From Candidatus Latescibacterota bacterium (lineage in GTDB: Bacteria > Latescibacterota > UBA2968 > UBA8231): a stretch of 64,000 nucleotides of DNA. Numbering within the stretch: position 1 is the first letter of the stretch; every line of letters starts with the position of its first letter. Position numbers and translations under genes: made by a program. The DNA is taken from the NCBI GenBank assembly GCA_965215195.1, contig CBDCDC010000002.1, positions 1,632,001 through 1,696,000 on the forward strand, given 5' to 3'. A model generated the notes under the pieces. It was given only the letters and a program-made list of their open reading frames with translations. It had not been told where the DNA came from and did not search any database. This document shows positions 37,397-46,707 of the stretch, piece after piece.

Positions 37397-37681
37397 AATA
37401 TCCCTTATCGGGAGTGTGAGTGTGGTGGTTTAGGGGCAGCGACCTTTTCGGCTCAATCCGCGTCGTAGCACGGGCGGCCATCGCTTATTGCCTCCGTAGG
37501 TCTGTCTTCCCCTCGTAGAAAATTACGCCCACTAGCAATCGACATCCGACCTTTCCTGACTAGTCGGAACCGCTGTAGAGGGCTTTTGTTCGGCGTAATA
37601 TAGAATATCCTCCACTATACCGCAAGTATTTTACATTTTACGCTGGCCTGACTCCTTGGCATACTCCCGATAAGGGATATT
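37397..37681. repeat. Perfect 19-bp inverted repeat pair enclosing a promoter
   Basis: aatatcccttatcgggagt (37397-37415) is the exact reverse complement of actcccgataagggatatt (37663-37681). Confidence 0.85.
37597..37625 (-). promoter_or_regulatory. Sigma70-type promoter for module B
   Basis: Minus strand TTGCGG-17 nt-TATATT in an AT-rich patch. Confidence 0.55.
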
Positions 37682-37704
37682 ATCGGGAATTAAACAAGAC
37701 GCAC

Positions 37705-38631
37705 TTATTGAGAATCTTCGGCGCTGTCGTCAGCATTATCTCCGGTGTCATCTCCGGCACTGTCGTCAGTGTCGTTAGCACCGTCTTCAGCGTTGTCTTC
37801 GTCGCTGTCTTTCCGGAAGCGAATATGCTTTATGTCGTGCATACCAATCGCAAACGGACTCGAACCCACGACGCCCGTAAAGGCCCGGTTGACGCGCTCG
37901 AAATAGCTTTTGTCGGTCTCGCCCGAAAGGCGGACTAGGCTCGCCTCGACTGTGCCCATAACGGTTTTTCCCGACCAATAGGTCGCCGTTATCGGCCTAA
38001 ACTCGTCGCCCGTCCCGCCATCCTCAAAGTCGATTCGCGCCACTTTGTCTAGGGGAATAAAGCGCTTGTCGCGGCCCTTAAAAAAGTCGAGCCGCTGCTT
38101 GCCGTGAAAGCGCAAATTCTCCACCTCAAAGCGCCTGCCGTTTAACGTGATGATCGTGGCCTTGAGGATCTTTTCCGCAGGAGGCTCCTCGCCGAGGGGA
38201 TGGCGCAAAACAATCTCTTGCACATCGCTGGCGAGAATGAAAAACGGCCCCAACTCGGTCACTCCAGCGAAGCGACGCCCGCTACTCCCACCACCGACGG
38301 CGTCTTGGTGGGGCGAAGAAGAACCGCCTGTCACCATCAAGCCTGCTTCTTGGCTACCGTTCCGGAATACGAGCACGACGCGCTGTTCCTCGTCGCTGCG
38401 CTCCCCCTCAAAGCGCAACCGAGCTACCTTGACCAATTCCACCAGCCGACGCTGGCCTTGGACGTAGATTTCCAAATCCTGACGCCCCTGAAAGGTGAAC
38501 TTATCTACTTGGTGCTGGTTTCCGTAGCGATCAATAACGGTCGCCTTGAGAGGGGAAGTAGCAGCTCCACTGGCCGATACCCATAGCGCGGCCAAGAGTA
38601 CAACTCCACCCCATAGTCCTTTGCACTGCAT
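37705..38631 (-). CDS. Exported hypothetical protein with an internal duplication and an acidic tail
   Basis: Signal peptide, KATVIDRYG..QVDKFTFQG versus KATIITLNG..EVENLRFHG, and a D/E-rich C-terminus. Confidence 0.75.
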   Translation of the reverse strand: MQCKGLWGGVVLLAALWVSASGAATSPLKATVIDRYGNQHQVDKFTFQGRQDLEIYVQGQRRLVELVKVARLRFEGERSDEEQRVVLVFRNGSQEAGLMVTGGSSSPHQDAVGGGSSGRRFAGVTELGPFFILASDVQEIVLRHPLGEEPPAEKILKATIITLNGRRFEVENLRFHGKQRLDFFKGRDKRFIPLDKVARIDFEDGGTGDEFRPITATYWSGKTVMGTVEASLVRLSGETDKSYFERVNRAFTGVVGSSPFAIGMHDIKHIRFRKDSDEDNAEDGANDTDDSAGDDTGDNADDSAEDSQ

Positions 38632-38651
38632 GGTATTGCTCCGCGATAAGC

Positions 38652-39347
38652 CTAAGGCTGTGCGGCCCCCTCGCCCCCGCCTTCGCCCGGTTGTGCCGGC
38701 GAGGGGGGCGGTCCGATGAGAATGTTTTGGGTCTGTCCCATACTCACCTGTACAGGCCTGATGTCGTCCCTACCAGTGGAAGAATTTTCAATCCGCACCT
38801 TGTACTCGCCCACCGGCACGATAAAGTAGCGCACCTCTGTCGAGGTCATGCCCCGGCCCAGCATAGTCCGCAAATTGTAGTCAAAAATTAGGAAAGGCAC
38901 CTGACTGCGGCCCTGTGCATCGGAAAAAATGACCTGAAAACGGCCGATGGGTATGGTCGCGTACATTTCCTGTCCCATCAGGACTTCGACTTCCTTCTCG
39001 ACGCTGTCGTCGATATCCGTATTGACCACAACCCGATAACTGCCAGGGTCCAGATCGACGAATTGCGGCAGAGAGCGGTAGCCCGTCTCGTATCCTATGG
39101 GTGAACTCGCGGCCACGCGCGGCGATTCCGAGTGGACCTCCTCGCCGGTCTCTTCGTCGAGCACATAGTAGTTGACTTCGTTGATCCCTCCCGTCTCCAA
39201 CATGAGCCGCCCCTTACCCTCGGGAATGGGCGGCAGACCATAACCGCCTCCGCTGCCTCCGGTGGTGGCACAGCCAGCCACAATAGCCGCTAAAGCACCG
39301 ACCAGAAACCACTTGCGCACCTGTGTATATTCGACTTTCGACGCCAT
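38652..39347 (-). CDS. Hypothetical lipoprotein with two small beta-sandwich-like repeats
   Basis: Lipobox VAGC, LDPGSYRVVV versus VPVGEYKVRI, and a Pro/Gly-rich tail. Confidence 0.75.
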   Translation of the reverse strand: MASKVEYTQVRKWFLVGALAAIVAGCATTGGSGGGYGLPPIPEGKGRLMLETGGINEVNYYVLDEETGEEVHSESPRVAASSPIGYETGYRSLPQFVDLDPGSYRVVVNTDIDDSVEKEVEVLMGQEMYATIPIGRFQVIFSDAQGRSQVPFLIFDYNLRTMLGRGMTSTEVRYFIVPVGEYKVRIENSSTGRDDIRPVQVSMGQTQNILIGPPPSPAQPGEGGGEGAAQP

Positions 39348-39412
39348 CTTTCCCTCCTTAGTGACGAGCGGTAGAAAACGGACTTAACTGCCTAAGAGCC
39401 AAGTTGAACATC

Positions 39413-39441
39413 ATAATATATAGGCCCTCTTCCGCTGTCAA
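39413..39441 (-). promoter_or_regulatory. Sigma70-type promoter for the gene at 39347
   Basis: Minus strand TTGACA-17 nt-TATTAT. Confidence 0.7.
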
Positions 39442-41052
39442 CTACTCGTCGCGGCCTGCGAGAGATGCGAGGATGAAGTGCCGATCCTCTCTGGGCTGCC
39501 GGCTGACGAAGCGCATAAATTCTGCTTTGTCGTGCCATTGGCGCGGGTGCGCCGAAGGGATCGTCACGCCCCGGCTCAAAAGGTCTTGCCAAAAAGGCTC
39601 GTTTCCCACGACGAATCCGGCCGCCGCTAGGAAATAGTCTGCGCCCTCGGCCGCAAGGCTGTCGAGCCGCTCGGGCGCAAACTCGGCCGGGGTTATTTGC
39701 CAGCCCTTGCGATGGCAGTAGTAGAGCAAGGTCGGGCTTTGCGACCGGTGCGGCACTCCGGTGTTTTCGTCCTCGTCGCCAATGACCAGCATCGCATCCC
39801 GCGGCAACTTGGCGTCGAGTATCCGCCCCACCAAGTGGCAGCTCCGGTAGTAGTTGTGCCAATTGTTGGGCTGCGCGTAATACGGCCCAACCGCCCAAGC
39901 ACTGTAGGCGGCGATCCCGACGATTAGGGTACATACCAAAACGACGCGCCAGTGGCACTTCCAGTTCCGCATGAACCGACACCACCCCTGCGATGCAGCA
40001 TCTGCCCCGAGAATGGCTTCAAGCGTCCGCCCAGCGAGAAGAGCCCCCACCGGAGCAAAGGGTAGCTGATAGTAATGCAGTCCGCGATTGCCCTCGGGAA
40101 CGACAAAGACGTAGAGCACCAGCCCCCCCATCCACACCCAGAGCGTCCACTCGCGCCGTTGGCTAGGCGCTAGGACGAGTCCCGCCAAAATTAGGACCGC
40201 ACCCACAGGTGTATAGACGCTGTGCCAGAAGCGCTCCAAGAGCGTCAGGTAGAAATCAGCCGTAAAGAGCAGGCTGCGATCCCACTTGTCATAGCCGTAG
40301 CGATTCCAAATGCCAAACGTCAGGCCGGTTTCCTCAAAGAGCAGGTTGGCGTGCCAGTACCAGAACGCGGCGGGTGCCAAGGCCAGTACGAGGTAGAGCC
40401 AAAGCGCGGGCTTGAGGGCGAAGCGCCACCCCCAGCGCACCCAAGCTAAGGCGACCAGCGGAAAACCGAGATAGAGAGTAGGTATTTTGACGAGGAAACA
40501 CAGGGCGGCCAAAAGGGCGGCCAGCGCGAAGTCCCATCGGCGGCCGCTGTCAATCCACCGCGCGAAAGCCCAAAGCGACCCCGCGCTCAAAAGGATCATC
40601 AGCGCCTCGGGCATAAAGGTGCGCCCGTAGTAGATGCTCATGGGGAAAAGCAGATAGAGCAAGGCGGCCAACAGCGCACCCGGCCGCCCCATACCCAATC
40701 GCAAGCCCAGCCAATAGAGCACGGCCGCCGCGGCCGTTGAGCACAGCGCCGCCACGAGTCGCCCGAGCCACTCATGGGGCCCGTCGGCTGCGGCGTAGAG
40801 CAGGGCAACGACGAAGGGGTACAGAGGGAAATTCGTCTCCACGTACCCAGCGGTGGTACCGCGCCAATCGACGCGCGGATAGAAGAGCGAATAACCCTCT
40901 TCGTAAAAATTGCGGGCCATGGCGGCCGTGTCCGTCTGGCGCCAAGCCTGCTTGTCGGTCAGGGGATCTTGCAGGTTTATAAACCGCAGGGCCAGCCCCA
41001 GGGCGAGGACGATATAGAGGTAAGAAGCGCCCGTAGCCCCCTTCGTTTGCAT
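39442..41052 (-). CDS. ArnT/PMT_2-family (GT-C) glycosyltransferase
   Basis: WRQTDTAAMARNF, NFPLYP, GRL, YGRTFMPEAL, LVK, HYYQLP, multiple TM helices. Confidence 0.88.
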   Translation of the reverse strand: MQTKGATGASYLYIVLALGLALRFINLQDPLTDKQAWRQTDTAAMARNFYEEGYSLFYPRVDWRGTTAGYVETNFPLYPFVVALLYAAADGPHEWLGRLVAALCSTAAAAVLYWLGLRLGMGRPGALLAALLYLLFPMSIYYGRTFMPEALMILLSAGSLWAFARWIDSGRRWDFALAALLAALCFLVKIPTLYLGFPLVALAWVRWGWRFALKPALWLYLVLALAPAAFWYWHANLLFEETGLTFGIWNRYGYDKWDRSLLFTADFYLTLLERFWHSVYTPVGAVLILAGLVLAPSQRREWTLWVWMGGLVLYVFVVPEGNRGLHYYQLPFAPVGALLAGRTLEAILGADAASQGWCRFMRNWKCHWRVVLVCTLIVGIAAYSAWAVGPYYAQPNNWHNYYRSCHLVGRILDAKLPRDAMLVIGDEDENTGVPHRSQSPTLLYYCHRKGWQITPAEFAPERLDSLAAEGADYFLAAAGFVVGNEPFWQDLLSRGVTIPSAHPRQWHDKAEFMRFVSRQPREDRHFILASLAGRDE

Positions 41053-41058
41053 GTCAGA

Positions 41059-42234
41059 TCAGTAGGGATGCCAGCTCGGCGACATATCGTCGCGGTCGTC
41101 GTTGTCGGTCAGGTTGATTGGCATCAGCGGTGGCGCGTCCATCTCGTCCAAGTCAAAGCCGGCCGTGCCGACCAAGTAAATATCGTATTCGTCGTCGCCC
41201 ATTTTGCCCGCATACGCTATCCCCTTGCCATCGGGCGACCAGACGGGCTCTTGCTCGTAGGTCTCCTCGGCAATCGAGATGCGGGTCTGCCCTTGGCCAT
41301 CGGCCCGCATAATCATCAGCTCTTGGCCGCCAAATTCCTCTGAGTTGTAAACCAAGTAGTCGCCTTTTGGAGAAAACGACGCGAACCAGTCGAGCTTACG
41401 CCGATTCTCGGTGAGGCGAGTCCGGTTCGACCCGTCGAGCTCAATGAGGTAGATCTCGTCGTTGTCGTCGAAGGCCGAAGAAGTAAAGGCGATGCGGCGG
41501 CCATCGGGCGAAAACGAAGGCTGGCTGCCTTGGACCAACTTCCGCGGATTGGCTCCGTCGGCGTCCATGAGCCAGACAGCCACATCGCCGTCGCGCTGGC
41601 TGACGAAGGCGATCGTCTCGCCGTCGGGCGAAAAGACGCCGCGCTGATCGCGCTCGGGATGTTCGGTTAGGCGCACGGCATTAGAGCCATCGGCATCCAT
41701 GACGTAGAGGTCGATGTTGGTCATCACATCGCCGCGGGTGAAGAGGATCTTCTCGCCATCGGGCGACCAAGAGGGATGCTGCTCGGGTTCGGGAGTGGCG
41801 GTTAGCTGCTGGCGGTCGCTGCCATCGGCCTTGATGGTAAACAAGTCCCAGCTGCGGGTGTTTTTCTGGGTCGAGGCGTAGAGGATCGTGCCCTCGCGTT
41901 TGAAAGCGGCATTGCTCCCCGCGGGAATGTCGAAGATCGCCTCGTAGGTCCGCACGCCCCACAGCGGCGGCGATTCCACTTGCAAGACCTTATTCTCCAT
42001 ATAATCCCCCGCAGCGACATTGACTGCGTACGCACCGCGGCCCAATTCGATCTTGCTGTCCGGCTCGGGCAAGACGTAGGTTCCAGCTTTGACCAAGTGG
42101 TTGTATTTGTATTGGACGTCATTGGCGTCCAAGCGCACGAACTGGCCATCCCCGCCCCGAATTTCAATTTTAACTTGGTTCGAGCCACATCCTGCGACCG
42201 CGGCGACCAAAACCAATGTAGATAGCTTGAACAT
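41059..42234 (-). CDS. TolB-like PD40 beta-propeller lipoprotein
   Basis: Lipobox VAGC, repeated P.[WF]SPDG..I.F and M.ADG....LT. Confidence 0.88.
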   Translation of the reverse strand: MFKLSTLVLVAAVAGCGSNQVKIEIRGGDGQFVRLDANDVQYKYNHLVKAGTYVLPEPDSKIELGRGAYAVNVAAGDYMENKVLQVESPPLWGVRTYEAIFDIPAGSNAAFKREGTILYASTQKNTRSWDLFTIKADGSDRQQLTATPEPEQHPSWSPDGEKILFTRGDVMTNIDLYVMDADGSNAVRLTEHPERDQRGVFSPDGETIAFVSQRDGDVAVWLMDADGANPRKLVQGSQPSFSPDGRRIAFTSSAFDDNDEIYLIELDGSNRTRLTENRRKLDWFASFSPKGDYLVYNSEEFGGQELMIMRADGQGQTRISIAEETYEQEPVWSPDGKGIAYAGKMGDDEYDIYLVGTAGFDLDEMDAPPLMPINLTDNDDRDDMSPSWHPY

Positions 42235-42290
42235 GTATTCTCCTTACTGACTGATGTTACGCACGGGTGTCTTGGGTTTGAGATGCTGTC

Positions 42291-42329
42291 CTGCCTAAAG
42301 GCGCGGTGAAGCACCCTGCCTTTAGGCAG
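42291..42329. terminator. Intergenic hairpin
   Basis: ctgcctaaaggc...gcctttaggcag 12-bp stem with inner ggtg/cacc pairing. Confidence 0.6.
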
Positions 42330-42337
42330 ATCGGCCA

Positions 42338-43021
42338 TCAGGCCAACCCGCTGAGTACCCGCAAGCGCTCGCCGAGGTGATCCATCAGTCCGTTGATATT
42401 GGCGAAGGAAGCCGCGTAGAGCGGTTCGTCAACCCGAAAGTACACCCGCGCACCAGGCCGAGCATAGCTATCGTATTCCAAGCCAATGGGAATCAACGGT
42501 ACGCGCATCCCCAACCGCTTTTCGGCCTGTACCAGATGCTCGACCACTCCCTTTTGCAGCGGCCCCAACTCGTCTTGATAGCGCATGCCTTCCGGGTGCG
42601 AGACGACCAATTCCCCGCGCTGGTACAGCCCGTCTAAATAGTCTTGCATCTGCTGGTTGGCCGCGCGGGCTCGCCGAATCTCGGCGCGGCGTTGCTCGCG
42701 GTCTGCGATCCGCCTGATGTCTTTGGGCCTCTCCACTTTGACCCCCCCCATCCACTCCAGTATCCCCCACAGACCAACCTTCATAACGTAGTTGGCATAG
42801 CGCCGAGTGATCCTGTACAGCAAAACTCCTTCGAGCAGAATGTCGCGGTACGCGCAATGCTTGGGCAAAAGCAGGGCCGGCCCCTCGCGCGGCAGATTGC
42901 GACCGCCTTCGACCGCCAAGCGGTGATAGCGCATGGCACCGGCCGCGAGCAAGCGAGCACAGCAGGCGAGGGCATCTACGCGCTTGATGGAAAAGTCTCT
43001 ATGCTCAGGCTCTGCGGACAT
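42338..43021 (-). CDS. 1-acyl-sn-glycerol-3-phosphate acyltransferase (PlsC-like)
   Basis: HxxxxD motif (KHCAYRD), HPEGMR, VPLIPIG. Confidence 0.85.
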   Translation of the reverse strand: MSAEPEHRDFSIKRVDALACCARLLAAGAMRYHRLAVEGGRNLPREGPALLLPKHCAYRDILLEGVLLYRITRRYANYVMKVGLWGILEWMGGVKVERPKDIRRIADREQRRAEIRRARAANQQMQDYLDGLYQRGELVVSHPEGMRYQDELGPLQKGVVEHLVQAEKRLGMRVPLIPIGLEYDSYARPGARVYFRVDEPLYAASFANINGLMDHLGERLRVLSGLA

Positions 43022-43025
43022 GGCC

Positions 43026-43478
43026 CTACCTGAACAAGTCCTTTACCTTGCCCCAAGTGCTTTCGTCCACTTCTGTGGACAAGGGTTGCAGCAGGTCTTG
43101 CCCCGGGCCGGCCAAGTACAAATCGCCTTCGGGATCTATGGCCGCGAAATAATCCCCGTCGGCGTCCAGCCGCGCTTTGATGTACGCGGGCACCTCCGGG
43201 GACTGCGCGGCCATAGCGGCAGACCACAGGGCCAAGCCCTCAACCGCCAGCACTTGTCCGTCGCGGGCAATAGCGACAAACCGCTGCTCGGCATCCTGTG
43301 CGCCCAACTGCCGCCATAGCTGTACGACCCGCTGGCGCTGCGCGGCCCTATCGTGCGAGAAGAGGTAAAATACGCGACTGTCTTCCGGCAGGGCCTTAAT
43401 CTCGCCGCTGCTAATTCCACTCGCTGCGACCAGCAGCAGGACCAAGCCCGTCGTCCATTTCGTCCGTAGTGCGTTCAT
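43026..43478 (-). CDS. Small exported protein ending in TEVDESTWGKVKDLFR
   Basis: Signal peptide from ATG 43478 and a C-terminal [ST]WG.vK motif. Confidence 0.7.
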   Translation of the reverse strand: MNALRTKWTTGLVLLLVAASGISSGEIKALPEDSRVFYLFSHDRAAQRQRVVQLWRQLGAQDAEQRFVAIARDGQVLAVEGLALWSAAMAAQSPEVPAYIKARLDADGDYFAAIDPEGDLYLAGPGQDLLQPLSTEVDESTWGKVKDLFR

Positions 43479-43485
43479 ATCGACC

Positions 43486-44553
43486 TTATTCGGCGCGAAT
43501 TCCATAGTCCTTTTGCACGGCGTCTTCCCCTTGGAGAATCCTCACCAGCGACAGGTGTTGGCTGAGCACCTGTTCGACTTGCACGACGCCGACCCGGCGC
43601 GGCAGGGACGTTCCCAACACCTCGCCGGTATCCGGGTCTTGCAGTTCCCGCCCCTTGTCCCACACGCCGTACTTGTTGCCTTTCTGCACTGAATCGGCTA
43701 ATCCCACATTAATATAGGCACTCAACCGCACTCGCACAGATTGGCCGTTCTGCACGGTATCAGCCACCACCTCTATGATTTTCGGCTCGGAGACCTTGAG
43801 CGCGGCCGGGGGTTGGATGAGGCTGTCTAGCCCGGCGGCCAAGTGCGCCAGACATCGGCTCACCGACTTGCCCAGCAAGGTCTGGTGAAACTCCTCACTG
43901 CCCCACTCCATCTGCCCCAAGAGAAAGTACTCCTTTTCCAGCGGCACGTAGGCCGCCGGGTTGGTGATCCCATAGCGCTTGCTGTCCTCAGCTACTTCCC
44001 GCACCACCTCGCCGGCGGCTTCCCCGTCGATGACCTTATAGGGATGTAGCTGCACCGTGGTCAAGCCCTGATAGCTGCGATAACCGCCGATGGGCACGGT
44101 GGCGCGAAAGCGCCTCATGCTCATCTCGTCGATCTGCCCCAAGACGACGTAGTCAGCGTCCAGCTCGCGGCCAATGCTCAAGGCGCGCTCGACATTGAGC
44201 TTGCCTTGCAATTCCTTCTTTTTTAATCGCACGAGCGCCGAATCAATGGACACAGTGCTAAAAAAGGCACTGCTGCGCAGCGAATCGGCCAAGCCGCGGG
44301 GCATGGCCGAGTAGATGTCCCACTCGCCCTTGTATTTCGACTTGTCGCGAAAGGGCATAAAGAGCAGGCGCTGCTTCAACCCTTCCGAAAAGGTGCTGTC
44401 GCTGACCACCGGCCCCTTTGGGGCCTCTTCCTCTTCTTCTTGATCGCCCAACCCCATAATCGGCACCACAGCCGCCCCTCCGTCTGCCCCCCAGTACAGC
44501 GCGGCCAGCAAAGCGAGTCCCCCCCGCAAAAACCATCTGTGTCTATCGGACAT
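43486..44553 (-). CDS. Exported CsgG/FlgT-like protein
   Basis: IGRELDADYVVLGQI (TolB_N/CsgG-like) and YINVG..D.V.KG..Y.V...DPDTGEVLG...VGVVQV (FlgT_C-like). Start overlaps the larA stop (TGATG). Confidence 0.6.
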   Translation of the reverse strand: MSDRHRWFLRGGLALLAALYWGADGGAAVVPIMGLGDQEEEEEAPKGPVVSDSTFSEGLKQRLLFMPFRDKSKYKGEWDIYSAMPRGLADSLRSSAFFSTVSIDSALVRLKKKELQGKLNVERALSIGRELDADYVVLGQIDEMSMRRFRATVPIGGYRSYQGLTTVQLHPYKVIDGEAAGEVVREVAEDSKRYGITNPAAYVPLEKEYFLLGQMEWGSEEFHQTLLGKSVSRCLAHLAAGLDSLIQPPAALKVSEPKIIEVVADTVQNGQSVRVRLSAYINVGLADSVQKGNKYGVWDKGRELQDPDTGEVLGTSLPRRVGVVQVEQVLSQHLSLVRILQGEDAVQKDYGIRAE

Positions 44554-45827
44554 CAGTGCCCTCCTTTGGTTTGCGTGAGTACGTAAGGCCCTTGGGGCAC
44601 GACCGCTATGCGCGCCCCGGCACCGTGCCGCGCCAGCGCCGCGGCTAGCCCTTGCTCCACAGAGGAAATGACCTCGACCCACACCTCGTCGCGGTACTGA
44701 GGATCAATGCCCTCCGAGTAGAACATGACCTCGGCCTTGTCGAGTACCTTGCACAACTCTTGCAACTGCCATTGGTCGATGGCGAAGAAATCGGGATCCG
44801 CGAGGCGGGCCGCGAATTCGGCCGCAGCGGATGAGCCGAGCAGCATCTCGGCAAATTCCGCGCTGCCCAAGCCCTCGGCGCAGCGAGCGGCAATGAGGAT
44901 CGTCCCGCCCTCTTTGACGATGGGCAACACCGCCGTCAGGCCCTTGACAGCTTGGTAAAACGTCAAGTCCAGCGGCCAGCCGGCGCTGCTGGTGACCGCG
45001 ATGTCGAACGGCTCGTCGACCAAGACGCCGTTCTGCCGCTCGACGAAGCGGGCCCCTTCGGCATGGGCCTTCTCTAGGTCGCCACAGAACAGGCCGGTAA
45101 TTTGCCGCCGGTCGTTCATAGCCACATTGAACGTAAAATCAACGCCAGCGCGCTGCGCCACTTCGAGGGCTTGGCGGTGGAAAGGGTTGCCTTCAATGGA
45201 GCCTTCGCACGCCCGAGGGTGGCCCAACAGCTCGGGGCCGTGCAGGATGCGCATCGTCTCAATGCCCATCAATCCCGGGCAAATGGCCTTGCGGCCACCC
45301 GAGTACCCGGCCATCAAGTGCGGCTCGATCAGGGAGGTGGCGATTTTTAGGTCGGCCTCCACGTAGAGCGCGGCGATCCATATTGGGGCACCGCCCGAGG
45401 TTTCCCCCAGATACGCGAGGGTCTCGCGGCGGCGGGCGGCGTGGTTGACGATGCGATAGTTGCCGGCGATATCGGCCCCGACGAGCTGCACCAATTCCCC
45501 GCCTTCGTTGGGCCGGTGCAGGCCGGTGCCGACCAACAAGGTAATATCCTCGCGGGCGATGCCTTCCTCTTCAAGGATCCGCAGCATCGGCGGCAAAAGG
45601 ACGGCGTTGGGCACCGGGCGGGTAATATCGGCAATAACCACGCAGGCATTTTTGCGCCCCCGCGCCAGCCGCCGCAAGGCCGGAGTCCCTATCGGATGGG
45701 CCAATGCACACGCGATCCGCTCCTCGATCCGGTCGAGCCCTTCACTCGGAGCCATCTGCAATACCTCGGCCGAGTCCGGCACTTCGATTTCGAGGCCGTC
45801 GCGGCCATAGTCGAGCTTTACTTTCAT
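44553..45827 (-). CDS. larA: Nickel-pincer-dependent lactate racemase (LarA) family
   Basis: PIGTP.L, DITRPVP, TGLHRP, NH, EPHLMAGYSGGRKAICPG, DLTFYQAVKG, CAEGLG, DQWQ. Confidence 0.92.
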   Translation of the reverse strand: MKVKLDYGRDGLEIEVPDSAEVLQMAPSEGLDRIEERIACALAHPIGTPALRRLARGRKNACVVIADITRPVPNAVLLPPMLRILEEEGIAREDITLLVGTGLHRPNEGGELVQLVGADIAGNYRIVNHAARRRETLAYLGETSGGAPIWIAALYVEADLKIATSLIEPHLMAGYSGGRKAICPGLMGIETMRILHGPELLGHPRACEGSIEGNPFHRQALEVAQRAGVDFTFNVAMNDRRQITGLFCGDLEKAHAEGARFVERQNGVLVDEPFDIAVTSSAGWPLDLTFYQAVKGLTAVLPIVKEGGTILIAARCAEGLGSAEFAEMLLGSSAAAEFAARLADPDFFAIDQWQLQELCKVLDKAEVMFYSEGIDPQYRDEVWVEVISSVEQGLAAALARHGAGARIAVVPQGPYVLTQTKGGH

Positions 45828-45837
45828 TTATATATGC

Positions 45838-46707
45838 CTAGGCCAATTTGTCCTCGAGATACGCGCGAAACGCCGCGCCGAACTCCCGGTCGGCCAAGGC
45901 GAAATCCGCAAAGGCCCGGTAGTACGTAAGCGGCGTTCCTATGTCGTAGCGCGCCTCATCGCTTGCAAGGCGCGTACAGCGGACCTCGGCCCCGCGCTGG
46001 ATCAGGACGCGGATGGCATCGGTCAACCACAACTCGCCGCCAACTCCAGGCTCAATCTCGTCAATAGCGGCGAAAATCTCCGGCGAAAAAATATAGCGGG
46101 CCGCAACCGCCAGACAACTCGGCGCAGCTTCCACCGGCGGTTTTTCAACAATATCGGCGATGGCAAAGTCGTCGTCGGCCTCGCCTTGCGGTATGACGAC
46201 CCCGTACTTGTAGGTCTCCTCGCGCGGCACTTCCCATACGCCAATGGTGGCGGCCGCACCCCGTTGGACGTGCGACTGCATCATCCGGCCGACCACGCCC
46301 GGCACCCGCGGCGAGGCGATGATCGTGTCGCCGAACCCCACCACGAATGGCTCGTCGCCCACGAATTCCCGCGCTTGGCGCACGGCATCGGCATTGCCGG
46401 CCGGCCGGCGCTGCCGCACATAGTAGAATTCAACGCCCTCGGCCGCGTAGTCAACCTCCCCGATCGCGCTGGCACCCAAGTGCGCCGCGAGCTCGGGATC
46501 GTCGTCGAAGTGATCCTCAATCGAGCGCTTCTTGCGGCCCGTTACAAAGAGAAACTTGTCCAACCCCTGCTCGATCATCTCCTCAACCACGTACTGCACG
46601 ACCGGCTTGCAACCAACGGGCAGCATCTCCTTAGGTTGGGACTTGGTCGCCGGCAGCAGGCGAGTACCCAAACCCGCGACGGGGAATACGGCTTTGCGAA
46701 TCGGCAC
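45838..46707 (-). CDS. galU: UTP--glucose-1-phosphate uridylyltransferase
   Basis: RKAVFPVAGLGTRLLPATKSQPKEMLP, TGRKKRSIEDHFD, VEKP, GELWLTDAI, RYDIG. Confidence 0.93.
   Translation of the reverse strand: MPIRKAVFPVAGLGTRLLPATKSQPKEMLPVGCKPVVQYVVEEMIEQGLDKFLFVTGRKKRSIEDHFDDDPELAAHLGASAIGEVDYAAEGVEFYYVRQRRPAGNADAVRQAREFVGDEPFVVGFGDTIIASPRVPGVVGRMMQSHVQRGAAATIGVWEVPREETYKYGVVIPQGEADDDFAIADIVEKPPVEAAPSCLAVAARYIFSPEIFAAIDEIEPGVGGELWLTDAIRVLIQRGAEVRCTRLASDEARYDIGTPLTYYRAFADFALADREFGAAFRAYLEDKLA

Noticed and set aside
37440-37590. c-di-AMP (ydaO) or c-di-GMP riboswitch in the leader
   Set aside because: Only a short ggaggcaataa similarity is present, and the other conserved elements were not found.
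43486-44553. Flagellar locus suggested by FlgT-like and FlgD-like domains
   Set aside because: There are no flagellar structural genes, and these domains are widespread outside flagella.
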